Below, piece by piece: positions 51,668-64,000 of a DNA stretch of 64,000 bases. The DNA is from Octopus bimaculoides. Lineage: Eukaryota. Every line of letters starts with the position of its first letter. Position 1 is the first letter of the stretch. The stretch covers positions 19,982,766 through 20,046,765 of the forward strand of contig NC_068983.1 of the NCBI RefSeq assembly GCF_001194135.2, in the 5' to 3' direction. A program made the translations under genes and the position numbers. The notes under the pieces are model-generated. The model was not told where the DNA came from, made no database searches, and saw only the letters and a program-made list of their open reading frames with translations.

Positions 51668-52080
51668 AAGGCAATGAACTGGCAGAATCTTTAGTAAGCC
51701 GATCAAAATGCTTAGTGGCATTCCGTCCGTCTTTACCTTCTGAGTTCAAATTCTGCTTAGGTTGGCTTTGCCTTTCATCCCTTTGGGATAGATAAAATAA
51801 GTACCAGTTGCTGGGGTCGATGTAATCGACTTGTTCCCTTCCTCGAAATTACTAGCCTTGTGCCAACATTTGAAACCAGTATTAATGCATTATCGTGAGT
51901 CCACCGGGCAAAATGCTTAGGAGCATTTCGTCCAACTTCACGTTCTGAGTTCAAATCCCACTGAGGTTAACTTTGCCTTTCAGTGTCTATAAAATGAGTA
52001 CCAGGTGAACACTAGGGTCGATGTAATCGACTTAACCCCAAGCCCGAAATTGTTGGCATTGTGTCAAAGTTTGAAACTAA
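51668..52080 (+). mobile_element. Two consecutive SINE family A copies (about 51668-51880 and 51901-52080), with a further minus-strand fragment at about 52265-52345
   Basis: Each has AAATGCTTAG...TCTGAGTTCAAAT...AGTACCAG...GGGTCGATGTAATCGACTT and tail type 2. Confidence 0.8.
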
Positions 52081-53082
52081 TACTAATGGATGAAGTACAT
52101 ACGTTAATAGATGAAGTACAAATCAAAATATTGTACTTGTTGTGATTGTAATGTGTATCAACTATTTTCAGATCGCATGTTGTTACCCAACTGTGCTTGA
52201 TGGACTTACCTAAAAGGACTTAGTTAAAATGCAGAAAGTTTAAAATATAATGCAAAATTGGTCTCAACTTTTAGTACAAGGCCAGCAATTTCGCGGGAGT
52301 GGGTAAGTCGATTACATCGACCCCAATGCTCAACTGGTACTTATGTATAGTTGAGTGAGAGAGCAGTCTTCCATCAAAGTGACACTGGGGTAAAATATAC
52401 GAAGCCTAATATACCCATCTTGATTACCCATCTGATAAGGGTGCACCAGGCACATGCATCACAACCATGTGTGCACAACATGGTGATCTCATATCAAGAT
52501 AAACAGCGCATGACCTTATATATGTATACATATGTATGTATGTATGTATGTATGTATCGGTTGTTCCACGTGACTGTTACTCTTTGGTTTCCTCGATGTC
52601 CAATCAGTTCCTTGGACAATATTATTGTTCGTTGAAATAATTGGACATCGGAGATACATCAGAATATCCTCAAATAAATTAGCAATAAAAACATTATTAT
52701 AATTCACCGTGTATTGCGTAGCTTTTTCTCCTCTACGTTAGGCCGCTCAACCTTATAACATCTCTTGCACATATATTACATGCAGTCATAGTTACATACC
52801 ACGTATCTTGAAGAACTTCACATTCTTGCTATGCAAAAAAGAAAAAAATCAAGTGGAATACACACTGTATAACCAAAACAAAGCGTATTTTCTATTAGAA
52901 AAACATAAAGCAACAAGAATCAAGATAAAGCAATACAAAAAAAGCAAGAAAATGTAATTCAAAATTCTTGCATTATTATGCGTGTGTGAGGCAAGGTGCT
53001 TCAGTCAATTTTCTCAGCATATTAGCTATTCCTACTTTCTCGTTATTTATTACACCTTCTTTCTTTCCCGATATATATGTAC

Positions 53083-53134
<52 letters not shown>

Positions 53135-53987
53135 NNNNNNNNNNNNNNNNNNNNNNNNNNNNNNNNNNNNNNNNNNNNNNNNNNNNNNNNNNNNNNNNNN
53201 NNNNNNNNNNNNNNNNNNNNNNNNNNNNNNNNNNNNNNNNNNNNNNNNNNNNNNNNNNNNNNNNNNNNNNNNNNNNNNNNNNNNNNNNNNNNNNNNNNNN
53301 NNNNNNNNNNNNNNNNNNNNNNNNNNNNNNNNNNNNNNNNNNNNNNNNNNNNNNNNNNNNNNNNNNNNNNNNNNNNNNNNNNNNNNNNNNNNNNNNNNNN
53401 NNNNNNNNNNNNNNNNNNNNNNNNNNNNNNNNNNNNNNNNNNNNNNNNNNNNNNNNNNNNNNNNNNNNNNNNNNNNNNNNNNNNNNNNNNNNNNNNNNNN
53501 NNNNNNNNNNNNNNNNNNNNNNNNNNNNNNNNNNNNNNNNNNNNNNNNNNNNNNNNNNNNNNNNNNNNNNNNNNNNNNNNNNNNNNNNNNNNNNNNNNNN
53601 NNNNNNNNNNNNNNNNNNNNNNNNNNNNNNNNNNNNNNNNNNNNNNNNNNNNNNNNNNNNNNNNNNNNNNNNNNNNNNNNNNNNNNNNNNNNNNNNNNNN
53701 NNNNNNNNNNNNNNNNNNNNNNNNNNNNNNNNNNNNNNNNNNNNNNNNNNNNNNNNNNNNNNNNNNNNNNNNNNNNNNNNNNNNNNNNNNNNNNNNNNNN
53801 NNNNNNNNNNNNNNNNNNNNNNNNNNNNNNNNNNNNNNNNNNNNNNNNNNNNNNNNNNNNNNNNNNNNNNNNNNNNNNNNNNNNNNNNNNNNNNNNNNNN
53901 NNNNNNNNNNNNNNNNNNNNNNNNNNNNNNNNNNNNNNNNNNNTATGCATGTATGTATGTCCGCGTACATGTGTCTGAGTGTTTGTG

Positions 53988-54019
<32 letters not shown>

Positions 54020-54559
54020 CGTATATGGATATGTGTATATGTATGCACATATACATATATGTGTGTGTATATATACGTATATATGTATATATTCATAACT
54101 ATATATGCATATACTTATTTCAACATGAATGTATACGCAAACACACATACATATTTGTCCTTTCGTGCTTGAACATATATGTCTATGTGGGTGTGTATTT
54201 AATTATGTATAAAAATAGAAACACACACACACACACACACAGAAAACCCAAGCGCACACATGCACACAGAAATATGGCCGGGAATATGCATGAGCGAATA
54301 TTGTATTTTATGTAAAGGATATATCTGTTAGTGTGAGCCTGTGCTATGGAAGACCAGCAAGTCTTAAATTTAAAATGTAATTATTTCATTTCGATATTTA
54401 TACTAAATTTTAGACGCAAAAACTAGAAGGCATTAAATTTCTTGTAAAGTTGGCTATATTTGACAATAACATATGTCCTCATTAGTCTAAATTTGAGTGG
54501 AATTGGTGCACGCATTTGATGATGGGGTAGTTGTTTTATTGTTGATGCTGCAGCGGCTG

Positions 54560-54560
54560 T

Positions 54561-54619
<59 letters not shown>

Positions 54620-54976
54620 GTGATTACCATGATGAAGGTGGTGATAATGTGACGACAACTATGTAGTTAAGGATGACGATGATGATAACAATGACAATAA
54701 TGACGAAGATGATGTTGATGATGATGTAGATGACGACGACGACGACGACGTCGATGATGATGAGGATTATGAGGATGATGTCGATGATGGTGACGGTAAC
54801 GGTGATGATGATGATGAGGAGGAGGAGGAATAAGACGAGGAGGAGGAGGAATAAGAGGAGGAGGAGGAAGAGGATTAAGAGTAGGAGGAATAAGAGGAGG
54901 AGGAGGAGGAGGAGGAGGAATAAGGGGAGGAGGAGGAGGAATAAGACGAGGAGGAGGAGGAATAACACGAGGAGGA
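54560..54976. repeat. Compound (GAT)n/(GAC)n/(GAG)n trinucleotide repeat
   Basis: Direct arrays running into an N gap. These explain the poly-Arg and poly-Leu ORFs. Confidence 0.93.
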
Positions 54977-55604
54977 NNNNNNNNNNNNNNNNNNNNNNNN
55001 NNNNNNNNNNNNNNNNNNNNNNNNNNNNNNNNNNNNNNNNNNNNNNNNNNNNNNNNNNNNNNNNNNNNNNNNNNNNNNNNNNNNNNNNNNNNNNNNNNNN
55101 NNNNNNNNNNNNNNNNNNNNNNNNNNNNNNNNNNNNNNNNNNNNNNNNNNNNNNNNNNNNNNNNNNNNNNNNNNNNNNNNNNNNNNNNNNNNNNNNNNNN
55201 NNNNNNNNNNNNNNNNNNNNNNNNNNNNNNNNNNNNNNNNNNNNNNNNNNNNNNNNNNNNNNNNNNNNNNNNNNNNNNNNNNNNNNNNNNNNNNNNNNNN
55301 NNNNNNNNNNNNNNNNNNNNNNNNNNNNNNNNNNNNNNNNNNNNNNNNNNNNNNNNNNNNNNNNNNNNNNNNNNNNNNNNNNNNNNNNNNNNNNNNNNNN
55401 NNNNNNNNNNNNNNNNNNNNNNNNNNNNNNNNGCTTTTGTTGTTCCCCTTCTTCTAATGTGGATTTTCTGGCATTGAATTTGCTTTCGTTGTGGTTGTTA
55501 AAATTTTCCATGCTTTTAGTAGGAATCAATAACATATTTTATTTTGGTCGAATCACTCTCTTGCTACACCGAGTTCCACATGAAATGCATTATACTTACT
55601 GAGA

Positions 55605-56098
55605 AAGGCGGCGAGCTGGCAGAAACGTTAGCACGCTGGGCGAAATGCCTCGCGGTATTTCGTCTGCCGCTACGTTCTGAGTTCAAATTCCGCCGAGATC
55701 GACTTTGCTTTTCATCCTTTCGGGGTCGATAAATAAAGTACCAGTTACGCACTGGGGTCGATGTAATCAAGTTAATCCCTTTCTCTGTCCTTTTTTTGTC
55801 CCCTCTATGTTTAGCCCCTTGTGGGCAATAAAGAAATAAGAAACGTTAGCGTGCCGGGCGAAATGCTTAGCGGTATTTCGTCTGCCGTTACGTTCTGAGT
55901 TCAAATTCCGCCGAGGTCGACTTTGCTTTTCATCCTTTCGGGGTCGATAAATAAAGTATCGGTTACGCACTGGGATCGATGTAATCGACTTAATCGCTTT
56001 GTCTGTCCTTGTTGGTCCCCTCTATATCTAGCCCCTTGTGGGCAATAGAGAAATAAACGTTAGCACGCCGGGAGAAATGATTAGCGGTATTTCGTGCG
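55605..56098 (+). mobile_element. Head-to-tail tandem array of SINE family A (one full unit, one 5'-clipped unit, one short third unit)
   Basis: AAACGTTAGC recurs at 55623, 55841 and 56055 (periods 218 and 214). Confidence 0.92.
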
Positions 56099-56660
56099 TG
56101 ATCACAGATCACGCGTATGCGTGTATGTCTACCCCTTCATTTTATGAAGGACCTTTACGAAAAGCGAATCCACCTGTAACATCCTACATGGTTACATGTA
56201 TAAAATCTAATTATTTTGAGTATAATATTAACATTCTATAGATTTAAGCTTCGCATATTAAAGATTATTTCCAAACGCCCTTCTTTTGTATGTGCATTAT
56301 GACCATGTACTATATTTTCGTGCTATATCGAATTTAATTAACAAATGTAGAGTAGATTGTATAGTTACAGTAAATTTTCAACTTGTAGGGAATACATATA
56401 TACAAACACCGTTGCAAAGAACGCCACTTTAATTATAAAAATTGGAAAACAAGACAAGTAATACAAAGAACGACCCTTCATCAGTTATCGGCTGTCTATC
56501 TACTCCCCATTTAGAGTAATCAAGGACAATATGAGTCTTCAAAGACAGTTGCTTCCATAAATACCAAAATGAAATTTTGGATTTATGGACGGTCAAAGTT
56601 AGGAACAAAATCAGATTACAAATGTATATATGTGTATGTGTGTTTGTGTGTGTGTGTGTG

Positions 56661-56696
<36 letters not shown>

Positions 56697-57470
56697 NNNN
56701 NNNNNNNNNNNNNNNNNNNNNNNNNNNNNNNNNNNNNNNNNNNNNNNNNNNNNNNNNNNNNNNNNNNNNNNNNNNNNNNNNNNNNNNNNNNNNNNNNNNN
56801 NNNNNNNNNNNNNNNNNNNNNNNNNNNNNNNNNNNNNNNNNNNNNNNNNNNNNNNNNNNNNNNNNNNNNNNNNNNNNNNNNNNNNNNNNNNNNNNNNNNN
56901 NNNNNNNNNNNNNNNNNNNNNNNNNNNNNNNNNNNNNNNNNNNNNNNNNNNNNNNNNNNNNNNNNNNNNNNNNNNNNNNNNNNNNNNNNNNNNNNNNNNN
57001 NNNNNNNNNNNNNNNNNNNNNNNNNNNNNNNNNNNNNNNNNNNNNNNNNNNNNNNNNNNNNNNNNNNNNNNNNNNNNNNNNNNNNNNNNNNNNNNNNNNN
57101 NNNNNNNNNNNNNNNNNNNNNNNNNNNNNNNNNNNNNNNNNNNNNNNNNNNNNNNNNNNNNNNNNNNNNNNNNNNNNNNNNNNNNNNNNNNNNNNNNNNN
57201 NNNNNNNNNNNNNNNNNNNNNNNNNNNNNNNNNNNNNNNNNNNNNNNNNNNNNNNNNNNNNNNNNNNNNNNNNNNNNNNNNNNNNNNNNNNNNNNNNNNN
57301 NNNNNNNNNNNNNNNNNNNNNNNNNNNNNNNNNNNNNNNNNNNNNNNNNNNNNNNNNNNNNNNNNNNNNNNNNNNNNNNNNNNNNNNNNNNNNNTGATAT
57401 ATACATATATAGAAAGAGATAGATACATACATACATATTAACGTACACAAACACACACACGTTGTATATA

Positions 57471-58022
57471 TACACGTTGTCCCCAAAAGATGTATACATA
57501 CTTTAGCAGCTGATAACTCAACTGATGTTATTTTCTTTCCAGATGAAACCCATTGGAATTAATGATGGCAGTCAGACTAAGCCTTGTGCAGTTGAAGTGC
57601 AAAGACATTTTAGGAGAGAGTTACCATCACTCGAATTGGAGATTAGTTTGAAACCGATGGAACCGTTCAGAATGTCCACGAGAAGCGTTCCGGAAGACCA
57701 CGAACGTCGACAATCTTCACAAAGCAAAAAGGAGAGCTAGAGATGTATCACCAAAGTCCAAGAAAATCTGTGCGGCAAGCGAGTCATGAGGCAGGTATTT
57801 CAAAATCGTCTGTATAACGTTATTTTGAAGCATTGTCAATGGAAAAGTTACGTCCCAAGTTTAGTCCATGCTATTAATGACGATGATCCAGACTGAAGAA
57901 TGCAGTATTGCGAGTGGTACTTGGCACGATGTGTAGAATATGCACGCTTTCCAACAAAGATTGTGTGGAATGATGAGGCCACATTCAAATTAAATGGTTC
58001 AATTAATCGCCAAAATTGCATC
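57471..58022 (+). mobile_element. Tc1/mariner transposon 5' part, pseudogenised transposase
   Basis: TIR-like TACACGTTGTCCCCAAAAGATGTATACA; FETDGTVQNVHEKRSGRPRTS; [20 protein letters not shown]; first catalytic Asp motif [20 protein letters not shown]. Confidence 0.88.
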
Positions 58023-59417
58023 TTAGTGGAAAATTAATTAGAGATTGGAGAGGGTGATTCCATACTAATATAGTTATACAGGAAAGGTTAAAATAGACAA
58101 GCCAAAACTATGGGTAATACACATATATTTCTATTCGTACACACCTATAGCTACGCACACAAATCCACACGTATATTTAAGTACATGCATGTATACAAGT
58201 ATACACAAACACATACATGCACACGCATGCACACACACACATATATTTTATATATACACAGGAACATACACACATACACCCGTAGGTATACATATACAAA
58301 CACGCAGGCCATACAGCAACATATATGTATACATCGACACACACACACAGATACTCATGTATACATATCCACACAAATATGCACATAGACATAGGTATAC
58401 ACAAATGTATACATACTCAGAGGGATGCAGACACACATAGACACACACACATACAAACAGACCCACATACATACACACTCGCGCACACACAGACACGCAC
58501 ATTCACACACATACACAGCCACACGCACATACACGCATATGCACTCTCACATGCACAGACACATACACAAACCCCACACAAATTGTGTATGTATTATACA
58601 TACATTGAATTATTTACTCTGCGGCAAACCATACGACAGTATAATCGTCCTGAAACCCAGATTGTCTACACCAGAAGTATTCCGAGTTTGGTTAGGATCC
58701 CGACATTTTCGGATTGAGTGCTTCTCTGGAAAAACTTTACACCCAACTGAATTTAGCCATTAGCTCTATACAAATATACACTTCGTGCATTCGAACCTAT
58801 CTTTCATACACACATACACACACACACATATATGGTGGTGGTGGTTGTCTACACCTACACCTTATACAGAGTTTGACCATCTCTTATACCTACACCCTAG
58901 CACCATTATGTCATCTGATGTGGCTTTTAAAAGACGACAATGCTATGAAAAGACACCCGCATAGATTGCACATCCAATTTGGACAACCAAGAGCTGCAGA
59001 TAAGTTCTGATCTTTGTGCATTTCTCCCCTCCTCCCTTTGTCCTTTAACCTTATCTAGCGAATCCTAAACCCCGAGCTTGTGCTTAATTGACTTCTATAC
59101 TTTTATTTTTCGTCACCCTTACTTCTGCTGTCTTTATTCTATCTTTCTTTATCCTTAATTTGTATCAGGTCCTCTCCTCGCTACCCAGTACTCTCAGCCT
59201 ACTATAATATTATATCACCTACACCTCACTTCAGCCTACCTAAGAACCAGTCAAACAGACAGCTATCTAAGGTCGCTGACCTTAGATGTCATTAAACACT
59301 TTCTCGTACTATATTCTGAACGGCCAACGGCCAACTTTCTTGATCATTCTCCCATTTCATAGTTAGTCCCGACAGACTTCAACCACATCCCTGCTATGTT
59401 CTTGCGATAGTCTTTTG

Positions 59418-59768
59418 TTTGTAAAATTACGTTTCATCTGATGATTACAGTTTTTTTTTGTTTCTTTTTTTGTAATGGAGTAATGTTCTCATTCTTCTAT
59501 TTAAAAGATGCATAAGAAACAGCTGTAATGAGCTGACAAATTATCCATGGTATGTTCTTATTCATTTGATTGTAATACACCAAGTGGATTGACGATTTGT
59601 CGGACACCCTAGGCGCTAAATACACATAGGGATATCTCTTTCTGTGTACATAAGCGAAATATTCTGTTTGATACATACCAACCACAGACCGGAACCACAG
59701 GTTTATCCAACATTACCTGGTGCATATCTTTTTAAGTATCTGATTCTATCTGAATCCTTATTTTACTA
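59418..59768 (-). repeat. Second copy of the 8545-8918 repeat
   Basis: Shared blocks TTTGTAATGGAGTAATGT..TTCTTCTATTTAAAAGATGC and CTGATTCTATCTGAATCCTTATTTTACTA. Confidence 0.75.
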
Positions 59769-59885
59769 ATATGTGTGTATGTGTGTGCGTGTTTGTGTGT
59801 ATGTATATATTTATGTATATATCTATGTATGTATATATCTATTTATGTATATGTGTTTGTGTATAAATGTATACTTATAGATAGC

Positions 59886-59970
<85 letters not shown>

Positions 59971-59972
<2 letters not shown>

Positions 59973-60203
59973 GGCAGCGAGCTGGCAGAAACGTTAGCAC
60001 GCCGGGCGAAATGCTTAGCGGTATTTCGTCTGCCGTTACGTTCTGTGTTCAAATTCCGCCGGGGTCGACTTTGCCTTTCATCCTTTCGGGGTCGATAAAT
60101 TCAGTACTAGTTACGCACTCGGGTCGATGTAATCGATTTAATCCCTTTGTCTGTCCTTGCTTGTCCACTCTATGTTTAGCCCCTGTGGGCAATAAAGAAA
60201 TAG
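59971..60203 (+). mobile_element. SINE family A, well-preserved full-length copy (tail type 1)
   Basis: AAGGCAGCGAGCTGGCAGAAACGTTAGCACGCCGGGCG...GTTCAAATTCC...GTGGGCAATAAAGAAATA. Confidence 0.92.
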
Positions 60204-60657
60204 GATAAATAGATTTTTGCTGCTTTCGCAGATTCCCGTGACTCGCAGTCGCCATTCAATTCAATTATTATGTATTTTATTTGAGAGCCTGAGGGATAGT
60301 GAATCATTCATTACCTGATTACACATTCATGGACGTCACCCCTATGGATGCGTTGAACTTACTTTCTTGGTGATCTTGACCGTTGATCTAGAATTTCTTG
60401 GCTCAGAATCAATGTAATAAGCACCGTTGGTTCAGTTAAGCTCTTCCGCTAGATCTTCCCAAACTGCTATGACGTAGACTCATGACTCCACTGTATCTCT
60501 GACAGCGCGACAGCGTGGTTAAACGTGTGCTATGCCTTGTTAAATGCCAGCTCATAATTATGTAGTACTCATAACCCCATATACAGATATGTGTTTTTTG
60601 TGTTTGCATGTATATGTGTGCGTGTAGAAAGAAACAAGCACACCGAGCTATACATGC

Positions 60658-60712
<55 letters not shown>

Positions 60713-61879
60713 AAGGATAAGATAAGATAAGATATCGGTTAATATAATTCACAGCAGCAGTCAAGTGTTGTTCCTTGTGATATCTTCCACAACCAATATT
60801 GACTGCAATTTGATGTTCGTCAGAACTTTATTCTTAAAAACAAACCATATGACGAATGCTTAAGAAGAATGCTTTGCAACTACCAGGTACCGATGTTATT
60901 CTCTCTGTGTGGAACCTTGGTGAGATGCCATTTAATATAGCCTTCAGTCGGAAAATATCATACGAGTGAAATTTGTTTGACAGAATCGCACAAAGCTTCT
61001 TAGGTGTATAATATTTGTTATACAAATTGCAATGCTTGTAACATTGTTTTTGGCCTGGGAATAACGTTGGGGCTACATGTGTCTGCAGAATGTCATCCGC
61101 ATACTAATTATTTGAATATTCGTGTGTGCGCGTTTGTCGTTGATATCACTAGAATTTTAAAATGTCGAGAGAGAAACTGAAGAGATTGTTTTTTGGAAGG
61201 TGAACCTCGAAGCAGATAAAGCTCTAACTAATAACATTTAACAAATTGGGTTTAAAAAAAAAAACTTTGGATAGAAAAAAAAAGGAAAAGACTGTCCGTG
61301 GGAAGCCTACATCTTTAGTATAGCTGACATACGATCTACTTTTGAACCAAAGTAATGCATTGAGCCAAAGCAATGCTCAGAATTTCCCTAACCATTTTAG
61401 AAAATTTATTCTTTCCAGCAAGAACTGAATCTTGCTGACGTCGTAAGAATCTAGAAACTGCGAGAGAACGTGAGAAAATCCTGTTTTGGGAATGGTGACC
61501 CTGGAAGTAGATAAAACTATAAATAATATTGTGCGTATATTGCTTCGGTCCAAAGGTATAACATATGTCATGTTTACAGAAGTTATTGCTTCTTGTCTTC
61601 CGAGCAGCTTACGAATATTTTAACCCATGACTCATTGTGCCACACCTCAAGAAAATTCCTAAAAGCCGTCCATTGTTACCTCTGTAACTGTATCTTTATC
61701 GGGTTAACCGGTCGCCAGCATGTTGATCAGATTGCGTAATACGTGCCCCATCAATTTTCATCGCTTACAGAAATACTTTCTTACGTCCGCGCGCTTTCTT
61801 GTACCCTCTTTTATGATTTGTTACTCATTACTCATTTTTTTTTCTGTTTTACAGCATCGCACACTTATATACTTACACA

Positions 61880-62260
61880 CACGTCTGTCACACCACATAC
61901 ACTTCCATCATTCCATATTCACTTCTATCACTCCACATACACTTCTATCACTCCACATTCACATCCATCACACTATATTCACTTCTATCATGTCACATAC
62001 ATTTCTATCACTCCACATACACGTCTATCATTCTACATTCATTTCTATCATTCTACGTGCACTTCTATCACTCCACATACATTTCTATCAACCCACATTC
62101 ACTTTTTCATTCTACATGCACTTCTATCACTCCACACACACTTCAATCACTCCACAGACTTTTATCATCCCACATTCACATTCCTCACTTCACTTTCACT
62201 TCTATCACCCAATATTCACTTTCATCACTCGACATACACTTCTATCACTCCATATTGTCA
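61880..62260. repeat. 20-bp minisatellite, consensus CACTTCTATCACTCCACATA, roughly 19 degenerate units
   Basis: Successive units are visible at 61900, 61920, 61940 and onward. The stop-free unit explains the three overlapping His-rich ORFs. Confidence 0.9.
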
Positions 62261-63941
62261 CTCCATATCCCTCACTCCTGTATCCCTCTGTATTCATATC
62301 TCACTCCATATTCATCACACCTGTTTCTTTTATATGTGTTCTCACATCCAATTTCATTTCCTCACTTCCACGCCCTCTTCATATACACGACTGGAGTGTT
62401 GTATGCAATACATATTCCAATGCTCCAGTCGGTACTGACCCACACTATTATATCTCCGTACTTTTACCGGCTTAGAAACATTCACACACAGCACACAGTA
62501 CTCCCCCTTATACATATCTCAAAATATGGATACGTTCCTATACATGCACGCGCACACCTGTTTCGTCCCTTATAAATTTACTCCATAAAACTGCATGCCC
62601 ATCTAGCCCCTAACCCACCAAATTTCATTTTCATTCTTTCTTTGTTCTCCACCATTTTTTTTTTCTTTTTTACAACACTTTGCATTTTTCTGTTCTTTTC
62701 TACTAATACAGGGCCTGTGTCCGAAACATTAAAACTCTTTCCCTTTATTTTAAAGCGTTAAACTAATACAATATTTGTTAACTCATTACCTACCAGTGAT
62801 CTCATATGAGATCAATTAAAAATTACAAATTTCGTAATTATCTGTGAATATTTACACATATCTAACCTTTTTGCTATATCTACTTGGTATATTTCTCTGA
62901 TATTCAAATGAAGTTTGCTAATTTTTCACCCAATATCTCGCTTATTTCTATTTAAAATGTTATTTTGATCATTCCAGCGTGTTTCTCAGGCTGTTTTATG
63001 CTAGAAATCAAAGTTTCATGAAAAAATTCCAGTTAATAGAATTATGGGAGGTAATGGGTTAAGTATCTTTTTCTTCCTGTGTCGCTAGTTCTTCATTCTG
63101 CTTTTGACCATTGCCTTCGGTAAGGTACGACTGCGATAATATTCCAATGGGATTTCCTTCCTTCTTTTTTTTTTTTACTGTCCCTAAATTACCATACCAC
63201 AAATTTTCAAACTTAATACTTTAATACTATCTCTTTCTTTCTTTACCCAAATCACTTGCCAAAAATGATCATCATTGATCACGACGGATAACCATGTACT
63301 TTTTCTTATTCCTATAGAAGGTAGAAAAATATATTACCACATATTTGAGTTATGACAAAGCATTCGTATAAGACTTTTCAGACTTCATATCTACAGGAAA
63401 TTTGTTCAAGCGAACCGAAAAAGCTAGTCTTCAGTGAAGCAACAACGTTACTAGGTCCCAATAGAACTTCTTTCATTCTAGTTTTTATCCCTAAATTGCT
63501 ACATCACTAAATTTCCGAGAGTCTTACGATAATCAGCAATATTTTCATTATATTTCTGTCTTTATTTCTTTTCCAAAAATGACTCACCTAAGATGAAGAT
63601 TAACTTGCATATACCATGACTTACGTTAAGAATTCTGACAAGCTTTCAGCTAGAAAATCACAAGAAGATATATGAGAAAATCCGATTCCTTCCATAAGCA
63701 AAATGTTTCAGATTTCGAACAAAACATTTAGCAGTTAGGTTTTGTGACAGGCTTGTCTTTATCGAAAACCTTAGGGAGATGGCAGCGAAATTGGATGGTT
63801 TAAAACCGGAACCAGGCCATTCTTTAGCTCAGTAAAAGAATCTGTATTGATTGCGATGCTCACAATAAATAATGCCACTTTATACATACATATACATAAT
63901 ACATACATACATACATACATATATATATATATATGTGCGTA

Positions 63942-64000
<59 letters not shown>

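Larger units (their letters stand above)
1..64000. other. Fragmented repeat-rich assembly with many N gaps (large ones include 5444-5876, 11846-12223, 22161-23144, 33732-34384, 35527-36163, 38579-39345, 53135-53943, 54977-55431, 56697-57393)
   Basis: Runs of n, almost all abutting (AT)n, (TG)n, (GA)n or (GATA)n arrays. ORFs spanning these runs are artefacts. Confidence 0.97.

Noticed and set aside
52430-52460. CTGATAAGGG resembling the core region of the 27072-27143 ribozyme
   Set aside because: No GAAA, stem III or stem I follows.
54730-55602. Poly-Arg/Met (protamine-like) ORF and antisense poly-Leu ORF
   Set aside because: These are pure trinucleotide microsatellite running into an N gap.
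52-58763. Dozens of ORFs rich in CV, HT, YI, LS or X
   Set aside because: They are translations of (TG)n, (CA)n, (AT)n, (GA)n and (GATA)n arrays or of N gaps, with no domain content.
59971-60070. tRNA gene calls for SINE heads (also 30615-30680, 49385-49450, 40037-40105)
   Set aside because: A/B-box-like motifs are present, but there is no complete cloverleaf, and each continues into a multi-copy SINE body.
60363-60480. Minus-strand exon candidate ending at a strong GTAAGT donor (VYVIAVWEDLAEELN*TNGAYY...)
   Set aside because: There are in-frame stops and no convincing acceptor that avoids them.
61720-62575. His-rich ORFs of 172-251 aa as a gene
   Set aside because: All three frames are open because the 20-bp repeat unit lacks stops. 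There is no domain or splice support.
63089-63119. 31-nt exon candidate (FFILLLTIAF) with GTAAGG donor
   Set aside because: The hydrophobic look comes from a pyrimidine-rich tract, and there is no supporting neighbouring exon.

Overview
Eukaryotic, AT-rich, microsatellite-saturated window with many N gaps. The repeat landscape looks like a cephalopod (Octopus-type) assembly; this is inference from pattern recognition, not a database match. I find no protein-coding host gene, tRNA gene, rRNA or CRISPR array that I can support, so the window is probably intronic or intergenic. Nearly all ORF-track entries are microsatellite or N-gap artefacts. The real content is transposon-derived. There are at least three tRNA-derived SINE families (called A, B and C here), and decayed LINE fragments of CR1/L2, L1/Tx1 and Penelope-like type, most missed or only partly covered by the ORF track. 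There are several Tc1/mariner remnants and MITEs, and an internally deleted Helitron that retains both termini and a PIF1-type helicase pseudogene. The most notable signal is a well-formed type I hammerhead ribozyme fold on the minus strand (27072-27143) with a U3-A8 core variant. It lies inside a 166-bp structured element inserted in a SINE, resembling a retrozyme monomer. Several other repeats carry decayed minimal hammerhead-like motifs.
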